Shown: piece by piece, positions 24,267 to 35,816 of the stretch
How the letters are laid out: each line of letters opens with the position of its first letter
Numbering within the stretch: the first letter of the stretch is position 1
Source of the DNA: Dimorphilus gyrociliatus
Lineage: Eukaryota > Animalia > Annelida
Reading direction: 5' to 3'
DNA: 64,000 nt
Assembly: GCA_904063045.1 (NCBI GenBank)
Contig: CAJFCJ010000015.1
Location: 744,001-808,000 of the forward strand
Program-made: the position numbers and the translations under genes
The notes under the pieces: generated by a model
Database searches by the model: none
What the model saw: the letters and a program-made list of their open reading frames with translations, nothing else
What the model was told of the DNA's origin: nothing

Positions 24267-24947
24267 TGTTGGAATAAGGAAGAGGCCTACTTTTTATAAA
24301 GATCAATAAGATTTCTAGGCCTTTTGGACAGCGTGGAACATGCAGAGTCAGCTGACTAAGCTACGCATTTTAAGAGAGTGAAGCGACCTTTTGCTGAAAA
24401 CCTTTCGATGTCCAAGATGCAAAATATTACGCTTTATCATTAATTTGAATCGATTTTACGAAAAAGAAAGATACGTTGTGATTCAAACTAACTGTATTAA
24501 TTGACTGATAATTTATCTTATAATACTTTCCATACATCATAAATACCATATTAGTGAAAGTTGACCTGAGAAAGTTTAAGATTATCGATAGATTGGTTTT
24601 CTTATTTAGATATCTGGCTGGGAAACATTAGTGAATGTCCTTTTCAAGGGCCTTTCTCTAGTACTAAAGCCGGCACCGCCAGAAAAATCACCAGTTTGGC
24701 AACCTTAACCTTGAGCATAGTAATGACATGCAAATAATAACCTCATCGTAATCAAACCAATGGGCGACGAGATAGGTTCATTAATATTCATATCGCTGAC
24801 TGTACAGTATATAAAAGATTGATCTTGGCCTTCTACAACCCTGAAACTGACTAAGAGCACGTTTAGCCTTATATAATAAAACGTACACGTGTTCACGGAG
24901 ATATTTGAAATTATCTTCATAGGGAAACTTGAACTAAATCAGTGACA

Positions 24948-27900
24948 ATGCCTGCTAAATCAGTAGAAGAAATACACATACCGGTCTATGAAATTGAAGA
25001 CCAGGATGAATGCGCAGAACCTTCTTTCTCATATCCTCAACCAGAAGATGTAGTCGTCTCAGGTATTTCAGGACGTTATCCCGAATCAGAAAATATTGAT
25101 GAATTCCGAGACAACCTAATAAATAAGAGAGACATGGTAACTGATGATGATAGGAGATGGCCACAAGGCCTATATGGCTTACCTACAAGAAGCGGTAAAT
25201 TGAAAGATATCTCTAAATTTGATGCTTCTTTTTTTGGCGTCTCTCCGAAACAAGCCGACAATATGGATCCACAAATACGTATAATGCTCGAAGTGTGCTA
25301 CGAAGCTCTAGTTGACTCTGGTGTCAATCCCGCTTCGGTAAGAGGAAGTAAGACAGGCGTATACGTTGGTACAAGTGCAAGTGAAGCACATGATGCTTGG
25401 TCTAATGATATTGAACAAATGTCCGGCTACGTGATGAGTGGATGTCAAAGAGCTATGTTTGCCAATCGCCTTAGCTTTTTCTTTGATTTTAAAGGACCAA
25501 GTTACACAGTCGACACTGCATGCTCCTCATCCCTTTTGGCCTTTAACTTGGCCGTTGATGCCATTAAAAGCGGTCAGTGTGATGCCGCCTTGGTTGCTGG
25601 ATGTTCTCTCTGCCTCAAACCATCCACTGCTCTACAATTTCAACGCCTTGGCATGCTTTCCTCAGTTGGCTGCTGTAAATCTTTTGATGAATCTGGAAGC
25701 GGTTATTGCAGAAGCGAGAGCGTTGTGGCCGTTTACTTACAAAGAGCAGATATAGCCAGACGAATTTACACCACAGTTGTCCATGCTAAAAACAATGCCG
25801 ATGGTGCAAAGGATCAGGGTATCACCTTTCCATCAGGAGAAACTCAGAAACAATTGTTAAAAGAAGTATATGCTGAAGCCAGAGTTGACCCAGGATATGT
25901 TTCATATGTAGAAGCACACGGAACAGGAACAAAGGCCGGTGATCCACAAGAATTAAATAGTATAGCCGAAGTATTTTGTACAAAGAGTAGACGAGGTCCG
26001 CTACTCATTGGTTCCACAAAATCCAATATGGGTCATCCTGAACCAGCATCCGGATTAGCAGCCCTTAGTAAAATCATCATTTCCATGCAAGACGGAAGTG
26101 TACCTCCAAATTTGCATTTTGCTAACCCCAATCCTGATATCCCAGCTCTTCGAGACGGTAGACTAAAAGTTTGCACAGAAAACACTCCTTTGAAAGGACC
26201 ATATGTTGCTATCAACAGTTTCGGATTCGGTGGAGCAAACGTTCACGTTCTCCTTAAATCGTATCCAAGACAAAGAATTAGAAGTCCTCACCCAGCAGCC
26301 GGAAAATTACGATTAGTCACCTTGTCTGGAAGAACAGAAAGTGGAGTGGCAGATGTTCTAGCTAAAGTTAAGAACAATTCCCCAAATAATCTTGAGTTAC
26401 AATGTCTTCTACAAGAAGCTTGTGGAGACTCTGTTCCAACTGTTATGCCATATAGAGGTTTTACTCTTCTAAACGCAACTTGTCCCGAACAAGATATTAT
26501 TGAAGTCAGCAAAGTTCCTGCACCTACCTCTGCTGACCGTAGGCCTGTTTGGTTTATCTTTGCCGGAATGGGCACACAATGGCACGGTATGGGAAGAGAT
26601 TTGATGACTGTTCAACCTTTCCGTGAATCTATCATGAGATCGGCAAATACGTTGTCCCAGTTTAATCTTGACTTATACGATATGCTGATGCATGGTGATG
26701 CTGATACACTAAACTCTACTCTTAACTCTTTTATCTCTATCGCTGCTATACAGGTAATCAATCATTTAAACTTATCTTTATCAGATATCCATCACGACTA
26801 TTCTATTTACAGGTAGCCTTGGTTGATGTTCTCAAGGCTATTGGCGTTAAAGCTGATGGCCTTATAGGACATTCGGTTGGTGAGTTAGGTTGTGCATATG
26901 CTGATGGTGGACTTACTGCTGAGCAAACTGTATTAGCCGCTTACTGGAGAGGCCGGTGTGTTTTAGATGCTAAGTTACCAGAAGGAGGCATGGCTGCCGT
27001 TGGCTTGACATGGGAAGAAGCCGTTCGACGATGCCCTGAAGGCGTTGTACCAGCTTGTCACAATTCAATTGATACTATCACAATTTCTGGACCAAAAGCC
27101 AAAGTTGACTCTTTTGTTGAAGAGTTAAAATCGGAAGGTGTCTTTGCCAAGGTCGTCAACAGCGCTGGAGTAGCTTTCCACTCGTATTTTATGAAATCCG
27201 CCGAAAGCTCCCTAAAAGAAGCCCTACACAAAATTATAGTAAACCCCAAACCGAGATCTCACAAATGGATATCATCCTCCATTCCTGAATCACAATGGCA
27301 TACAATTTTATCTAAGTTCTCATCAGCTGAATATCATGTCAACAACTTAGTTTCACCTGTTCTCTTCCAAGAGGCATTAAGATATGTTCCTGATGATGCT
27401 ATCTGTATCGAAATCGCTCCCCATTGCCTACTTCAAGCAATTCTTAAGAGATCCCTATCTACAAGTGCGACGTTCATTGGCCTCATGAAGCGCAACGTTA
27501 ATAACATCACCCACATGTTGGCCGCTTTGGGTAAAGCTTACCAAGCTGGCGTCGATATGAAACCTTTGGCTTTATGGGGCGGAATCGCCACACCAGTGAG
27601 CCTCTCCACTCCCATGCTGTCTTCTTACATTCAATGGGATCATAATATTTCTTGGAGTATTCCGACTCTAAAGGATTTCAGCAGTGGTGGTCAAGGAGGA
27701 GCCGATGTCTATGAAATCGATGTCAATTCTCCAGATTCTCCAGACCGTTATCTCACAGGTCACGTAATTGATGGAAGAGTTATATATCCGGCCACTGGAT
27801 ATCTATCACTAGCTTGGCGTTCTCTTGCTAAACAACAACAATATCCAGGAGATTGGTTTCAAATGCCGGTTGCTTTTGATGACGTAAAAATACATAGAGC

Positions 27901-30900
27901 AACTATCTTACCAAAAACAGGATCTGTTTCCTTGACTGTGTCCATTGCTTCGGCAACCGGAGCATTTGAAGTAAGTGAAAACGACTCTTGTGTCGTTAGT
28001 GGTAAGATCAAAATGATGGACGATGCTTGGCTTCCCGATACCAGTGACACTATTCCAAGTGAAACTGGAGAAATAAAGACTATGTCATCGAGCGACGTTT
28101 ATAAGGAGCTTCGTCTTCGTGGCTACGATTACGCAGGAGCCTTTAGAGGAGTCCTCGAAGCCGAAGTGAGTGGATTAAGGGCTTCAGTTGCCTGGAAAGA
28201 TAACTGGGTTACAATGTTGGATACTATGCTCCAAGTTGTCGTCCTCAGCTCAAGCGGCAAATCACTTAGACTACCAACAAGAATTAAGCACTTATCTATT
28301 GACCCTCGTTTACATGAGCAAAACATTGTATCTTCTGAAGACGGTCAAGTTAAATCTATACCAATTGCTTTTGATAAAGAACTCAATATTTGTAACGCTG
28401 GCGGTGTTCGTATGCTGGGCTTACATGCAACTGTTGCACCAAAATCATCAAGACAAACTGCCCCTACTCTAGAAGAATATACATGGCAGCCATACAAGAG
28501 AGAAACGCTAGATGAACAAACTTATAGAACCATTGCTGGAGTGGTATTAGAAAACAGCGGCAGTATTAAAGTCAAGACTTTTGAATGTGGCGATATTTCT
28601 CTCTCTGAAAATATCTTCCCCTATTTTGCAACACAGCCACAAATTAGGCCAGAATTTACTTCATCTGTTGATACGGAATTACCCGCAGATATTACTAAAG
28701 TTGAATGGAATGGAACTTCGAATTGTCCTGCATCTAATATGGACTTCCTAATTTGCACTAATTCTGAACTTGTTGAAAAAGCCTCTACATGCTTGAAAGA
28801 TGGAGGATTTGCTTTTGTGAAAGGAAACTGTTGTTTGGCGTTGAATCCAAATTTCACAGTCATTTCAAAATTCTCTGATTTCTGCTTTTGCAGAAAGAAT
28901 GTTAAGGAAATCCAAGGATCGATTAAGGAAATATATGTGGATAATCTTGACTATGGTTGGGTTGATGATATTAAATCATCCCTCGTTGATGAAACAATTG
29001 AAAGAATTTACTTGAAATCCGAATCTTCTAATCCTAATGGAGTTGTTGGAATGGTAAACTGCTTAAGACAAGAACCAGGTGGACAAAAAGTTCGCGCGAT
29101 TCTTTACGAAAAAGGAAGCGTCAAAAGCACTGAAGAAGAAAAGATACAATTGAAACTGGACTTGATTATCAATGTTAAACAAAAAAATAAATGGGGAAGT
29201 TATAGACATATCCCGATACCCTCTTCTCCTCCAACTATTGAAACTAATAATGCCTTCGTTAACGTACTAACACGAGGAGATTTAGCTAGTCTCAGATGGA
29301 TTGAAAACGATGTCAACGATGAGAACGGCAATGTTAAAACGAATGTTCATTATGCCTCTCTTAACTTTCGCGATGTTATGTTGGCGACCGGCAAGCTTCC
29401 TCCAGATGCTTTACCTGGTGACATGGCTACGAAAGAATGTATTCTTGGTATGGAATTTTCAGGAACTGCTGGTAAAAAGAGAGTAATGGGTCTAGTACCG
29501 GCAGCCGGTTTAGCCACATCTATCGATGTTAAAGAAGATTTCCTATGGGATGTACCCGATGATTGGTCTTTGGAAGAGGCAGCAAGCGTACCAGTCGTTT
29601 ATGCTACAGCTTTCTACGCCTTGGTTGTAAGAGGTCGTTTACAAAAAGGAGAATCTGTTCTAATTCATTCAGGTTCTGGAGGTGTTGGTCAAGCCGCTAT
29701 TGCTATAGCACTCTCTATGAATTGCACAGTATTTACAACGGTAGGATCTCCCGCTAAAAAAGAAATGCTCCTGAAAAGATACCCTGGTCTATCTAGAGAG
29801 CGAATAGCTAACTCTCGTGACTCAACATTCGAATGGCATATATTGAGAAATACTAAAGGTCGCGGTGTAGACGTTGTTCTAAACTCCCTGGCTGAAGAAA
29901 AATTACAAGCCTCTGTTCGACTTTTGGCTTCTCATGGACGTTTCTTGGAAATTGGAAAAGCCGATCTAGCAAATGACAATAGTCTCGGAATGTCCGTATT
30001 CTTGAAGAATATTACATTCCACGGAATCCTATTAGATGCCCTCTTTGAAGGAGATAATCCTGATTGGGTTACTGTCTCTAATTTAGTTAGAGATGGAGTA
30101 AAGAACGGAGTCGTTAAGCCTCTCCCAACAACCGTATTTAATAGAGACGATATTGAAGGAGCTTTCCGCTTTATGGCGCAGGGTAAACATATCGGTAAAG
30201 TTGTTGTTAATGTGGGGGGCGAAGTAGGTGTTGAAGCAATAGCAAGAACTACATGTGAACCTAACAAATCTTATTTGATTATCGGAGGCTTAGGTGGATT
30301 TGGCTTAGAGTTGGCTCAATGGTTGATTGATAGAGGAGCAAAACATCTAACTCTTACGTCTAGATCGGGAGTTAAAACAGGTTATCAATTTAGATGTTTG
30401 AGAAGATGGCGAGAAAATGGAATTAAGGTGCATGTCTCTAGAAAAGATGTCAAAGACTTAAAGGAAGCTAATGACCTCTTAAAAGAAGCTTCTGAACACG
30501 CTCCTTTAGGAGGAGTTTACAACTTGGCCATGGTTTTGAAGGATGCGTTTATGGATAGTCAGACGAAAGAAATGTTTTCAGCCGTTTCAGATCCAAAAGT
30601 TTTAGGAACAATAAATGTTGATTCTCTGACAAGACAAGACAGCTTTGGCAAACACCTTGATCATTTTGTTGTTTTCTCTTCTGTATCGTGCGGAAGAGGA
30701 AATGCTGGTCAGGCTAATTATGGTTTTGCAAACTCGGTTATGGAAAGGGTATGCGAAAGAAGACGTCAAGACGGTTTCCCAGCTCTTGCAATCCAATGGG
30801 GAGCCGTTGGAGATGTAGGTGTTGTCCTAGATACTATGGGAGGTAATGATACGGTAATTGGAGGAACTCTACCACAACGTATCACCTCATGTCTCTCAAC

Positions 30901-32095
30901 TATGGATCGATTCTTGCAATTGCAAAGAACTCGTTCCGACGCTGCTGCTGTCTATTCATCTTTCGTTCTTGCCGAAAGAGTATCAACTTCATCCTCGTCA
31001 GAAAAGCCAGATCTTGTTGCCTCTGTTGCAAATATTTTGGGCATGAAGGATGCATCAGCGCTGGACGCTGACACAACCTTGGCTGACTTGGGTCTGGATT
31101 CTTTGATGGGTGTTGAAGTAAAACAGACATTAGAAAGAGACTTCGATATAATTCTTGACATGAAAGATATCAGATTATTAACAGTAAACAAATTGAAATC
31201 ATTGGAAGGAGCAGAAAGTTTATCAACCCCCTCTTCTAAAGAGAAGTCTCGTATAAGTGGCATGGCTAGAGAAAGATACAACCTACCTAATCTTATGCCA
31301 ACAGAAGAGTTAATCCATGTAAATACATCAGTCAAAAATGGTGACAAACTGCCGATATTTATTGTATCTCCTATTGAAGGTTTCGCCAGTACATTTAAAA
31401 ACCTTCCAAAGTATTTATCCGATCAAAGAATATACGCTCTACAATGCACAAAGGAAACTCCTTTGAATTCTGTGCCAGAACTCGCCAGTCATTATATCAA
31501 ACTAATTAGAACAGTACATAAAACAGGAAAAGTTAATGTAGCCGGTTACTCTTTCGGCGCTTGTGTAGCCTTTGAAATGGCATTACAATTGGAACAAAAT
31601 GGTGATTTAAATACCGTTACATTATTGGATGGTTCTCATTCCTACGTCTCTACTCATACGACCGCACATAAAGAAGCGTTGAAGAGCAGGGAGGCTCAGT
31701 TATCGTACGCCTTAGCAACATTTGCCGATACGTTAATAGAGCCTTTCGATCACACTATCTTTACGGCGGATCTCTTAAAGTGTAAGGATGACGAGAGTCG
31801 ATATGAAACCTTAACTAAAACATTGAAAGATGTCGAAAAATTGGAAAATGTCGAAGAAGCCGCTAAATCGTTTGTTAAGAAATTATCAATTGGAGATGAA
31901 TACGTACCAAAACGTAAATTACATGAGAATGTTACATTGGTATCGGCCAAAAAGAGTTCAGTTAATTTGGGTAAAACCTATGGCTTGGAGAATGTTTGCG
32001 AAGGCAATATAAAAGTAATAGAGGTCGAAGGAGACCATAATTCATTTTTGAAGACAAATGAAGGCAAAGACGTTGCTTCTGCTTTTTGTTTCTAG
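24948..32095 (+). CDS. FASN: Type I animal fatty acid synthase (KS-AT-DH-psiMT/psiKR-ER-KR-ACP-TE), 2 coding exons, about 2,360 aa
   Basis: Single intron 26754-26812 joins ..AAIQ|VALVD. KS: DTACSSS, HGTGT, NMGHPE. AT: GHSVG, AFHS. DH: HVIDGRVIYP, LDTMLQ. ER: IHSGSGGVG. KR: GGLGGFG, NYGFAN. ACP: LGLDSLM. TE: GYSFG, LDGS, GDH. The ATG at 24948 follows the GTG used by the ORF track. Confidence 0.92.
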
Positions 32096-32230
32096 TCCCT
32101 ATACACTTATATATATGCATATATATACATACATATATCTAATTCTGAATTTTGAGAGAATAAAATGTTGATATTTTGAAGAAATTACCCCAAAATTAAA
32201 AATTATTCTTTTAATTTTATTTACTTAACT

Positions 32231-32293
32231 TAGATGGCGCTTTAACACTTTGTACAAATAGGCGTGTGTGTAAATCGCTTTACGCGCCATCTG
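32231..32293. promoter_or_regulatory. Pair of oppositely oriented CTCF-core-like motifs (TAGATGGCGC on +, CAGATGGCGC on -) upstream of the Death-domain gene
   Basis: Exact YAGATGGCGC at 32231-32240 (+) and 32284-32293 (-). Confidence 0.5.
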
Positions 32294-32555
32294 CCTCAAG
32301 GCTCCATGGCAGCGGTTATAATAAACGATTATTAGGATTAGTAACGGTTTTTTGGTTAATTTCATGCAGTGAGTTATACAGAGCTTTCTAAGATCAACTT
32401 AACATTTTTAAATCGATGATTGCCTTATTTACAAATTGTTGTTAAAAGAAATTATTGACAAACATATTAAGGTAACAATTTGCCTAATAAAAAATCGACT
32501 TATTTCTAGTCTTTCGAGTTCTATTATACTTATTTTCGATTGTTATAGAGAAGGT

Positions 32556-33554
32556 ATGTCGCGCCCAAGCAGTTCAAAAGGAAAGAAGGGTAAAAAAGGT
32601 CAAACTAAAACGCCTAAACAACAAGTGAAAGAATTAACGGAACAGAATGCAGAACTTATGAAGCAACTTGATGAAAATAGAGAAAACTTGCGAACTTGTG
32701 AAGATAAGCTAGCGTTTTTAACCGTGACGTTGCTACGTAACTTGGATCCAAGAGACTTTGGTGTTCGACCAGACGCCGAACCATTACTTGTTCCAACAAA
32801 AGCTTTAGAGCAAATGGTATCTAGTCTATCTGCAAAAAAGAAAGTTCGAGAAGTGTCTGTTGAAGCTAGAATAGAAGAATTAGAGACTCGTGTTACTCAA
32901 ATGAACTCAGAAATGGCTAAAATGTGTAAGAAGACTATAGCATACGAAAATGGATTACAGGACTTATTGTCCTATAATAACATTGATGAAGTAAAGGATA
33001 AAATCTACGATCTTCAATTCATTGCAGGAAAGCAGTACGAATCCATCGCGATTGCCGATTCTCAAGCAATCAAACCACCAATGATGGATGGTATAGAGAG
33101 AAGGAGCGACGCAGCATGCAGAAGAATGATCGATAATGAAATTGAATTGAATCTTGTACCCCCAGCTGATAAATTACCAGGAGACACGCATATTTCAGAT
33201 ATGCATAACAATCTCAGGTTGCATTTGATAAATGAATTAAGCTACACAAAGCGTTCAGGTAAGCTTAATAGATTAGTTTATACTTTTGCAAATAATTAAC
33301 GAGTATGATACGCATGTTTTTTTTTGTTCTCTTTAGGAATGGATTGGAGAATGTTAGCCGATAGGGTTGGTATAGCACGAGAACAAATTGAGGAATGGCA
33401 ATATCAGAAACTAGATATGCCAGCTGGACGGGTATTCTCAGCTTGGTCACAATCAGATGGTGCAACTGTTCGACTTCTGCATAGACATTTAATATCGCCA
33501 GAAATGAGGTGCACATTTTTAGCCAAGCGATTATCCGATTTTTACGACGTGTAA
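32556..33554 (+). CDS. Uncharacterised protein: Lys-rich N-terminus, coiled coil and C-terminal Death domain (about 306 aa)
   Basis: ATG at 32556; intron 33259-33336 joins the two ORF-track ORFs. Heptad-rich VKELTEQNAELMKQLDEN and ARIEELETRVTQMN. C-terminal LRLHLINELS..GMDWRMLADRVGI..IEEW..PAGRVFSAWSQSDGATVRLLHRHL is a Death-domain pattern. Confidence 0.75.
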
Positions 33555-33761
33555 TCGATTATTTTAAGTTTTATATGTTTCTCCGAATTTGATAATATAA
33601 AAAAAAAAGCAACTTCTACCAAAAGTTTAACCTTCACCTTAAATCTATTATATTCTAACTTGTGTTTAGTATTGTTTACTTTTAAAAGTGTTCATAGTAT
33701 AAGAAATCGGATTTTTGGGAGTTAAATAGCCCATAGGGGAAATAGAACGATGTATAAAACG

Positions 33762-34510
33762 TTAATGCTTGTCTTCCGGACGACAAATTATTACCGGACA
33801 GTGAGCGTGATGAAGAACGTAGTCGCTGTTGAATAGATTAGTATAATAATAGAATTAATAAGAAAGATGATAGTGAATAATGGAAATCATTTTTACCTTA
33901 CTGAACCGAGTAAAGTCCTACGGATTGTACCCATTCCTCTTGTTCCCATAACGATCATTCTAGCTCCTTCTTCTTTTGCCAAATCGATTATCAATTCTCC
34001 AGGCCTGCCACTAAAAACGGCCTTAATGCGACCCGAAATCTGTAATTAATTAAGGAAATGCGATGTTGTTTTTTAACATTTGTCCCACACTCCTCCTTAA
34101 GAAAGAAGTTACCTTATTAGCACGCATTTTATTTGCAAACTTTTCCTCAAGCTTCTTCACTTTATCCTTTTCAGCAGCTAGCATTTGCTCCCATAACTCG
34201 CCAGACATGTACATTGCCTCTGCAAAGAAGTCAATCAAACATATTTCAATAGTACACTCATACAACAAGGCTAAAAATACACGTACGTTGGGAAGACACA
34301 AAAGGTGGTTCTGCACTATGAACTAACAGAAGATTATGATCACTCTTGTGCATATGCTCTATGTAAACTGTTCAAACATTATGATATTAAGTGAATTTTA
34401 GAAAATAGTAGGTCAAAGTTTCGAGGCTTACATTCAAAAGCATGATCAGCTTGTTCACTTCCATCAATGGCAACAATAACGGTGAACTTTTTTTCAGCTA
34501 CTTCTGCCAT
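33762..34510 (-). CDS. Universal stress protein (UspA-like), 5 exons
   Basis: Spliced product [83 protein letters not shown]. The G-2x-G-9x-GS ATP-binding motif is intact. Confidence 0.93.
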
Positions 34511-35613
34511 ATTTCGTCTTCGTTCGGCCGCTTTAGTCTGCTTAGTTCGAAAGATGGGATATAAATGACAACAATATATTTTAAGAGAGTGAAGTTTGAC
34601 CTTGACCTTTGAACTTGTCTTTGCTTGGTGGAAAAAAACAAATTTTAGACACGTTCGTGGTAATTTTGAATTATTTCAGATCTAAGTAAAATTCGAATTT
34701 TAACATTATAACTATTTTATTGTGTCATTTCATATATGTATGTACTAAAGCCAAATGTAAACTATTAACTTTTATCTTTAGGCACTTTTGAACAAACGAG
34801 ACAGATAGATGACGCAAACACCAAAACAAAAATGGCCACTCTATTAATATTTTTAGCTGCGCCATAAGTCAAATATACTGTTATCAATTACTTTTCGATT
34901 TTCGCTTATACTTGAAATATTATCAATAGAATATTGTAGATATTTATGATCTTTTAAACGATATTAGGTAAATAATATCAAGCAGAAAATGTTTTAAGCC
35001 CATAAAAACAACATTTGTCATTTTCTTATATCTAAACAACTAGCTGTAACTTGCCATTAATCTCAATAAAACAAATTATTAGTACAAATTTTCTCCTTTA
35101 ATTAAGCCATATTCGACGGCTATCAAGTTATAATCTCTAAGCTGAAATAATCTTTCTGTACAACTGAAGAAATCTCATTTGTTTTTTCCATTGTTTGTTA
35201 TAGAGGTTCAATGTTAGGCCAATATTGGCTTTTTGTTTTCATGGACAGACAAAAACTATCGATAAATCATAAAAAAAATATTAAATCATTTAATTATGGT
35301 TTATACAGTCAATAAGTTTGTTTTGTTTCAACTTTGTCTATGTAATTTATTGATGAAAAATTCGTTCAATAGTCAATTGTATTTGTACAGTCTATAGGAA
35401 AAATATGAACTTTTTTGATTGATATATTTAGATGAAACTTTTCTTGTTATAAAGTAAAAACAATTCATATGGACTTTTCTTCAAGTTTTTACAAGTGCAT
35501 TTACTTTAGGAAAATCATTCTTTAGATATACAATAAAAAAAAATACGCGTTCCTTTTTCATCAGAAATAACCCTTCCTTATTTGAAAATGTCTGCTATTA
35601 GTTACAATAGTTA

Positions 35614-35625
35614 GCCGCCATATTG
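35614..35625 (+). promoter_or_regulatory. YY1-like motif GCCGCCATATTG upstream of RBBP8
   Basis: One mismatch from GCCGCCATTTTG; about 190 bp upstream of the ATG. Confidence 0.45.
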
Positions 35626-35816
35626 AAATGACTAAACAGGGAAATGGTTAATACATCTAACATGATATTTTACGTAAAGGGAATGGTTTAGGAAAACTGG
35701 TAATCTGGTAAGCGCGAAAAGCTATCTTATTGTACAAAAAAGTCAATATTAAGGGTGATAGCAAAATCAAATTTGGTCGTAGTAATAAATATAATTTAAT
35801 TTCTGCTTAACTTATC

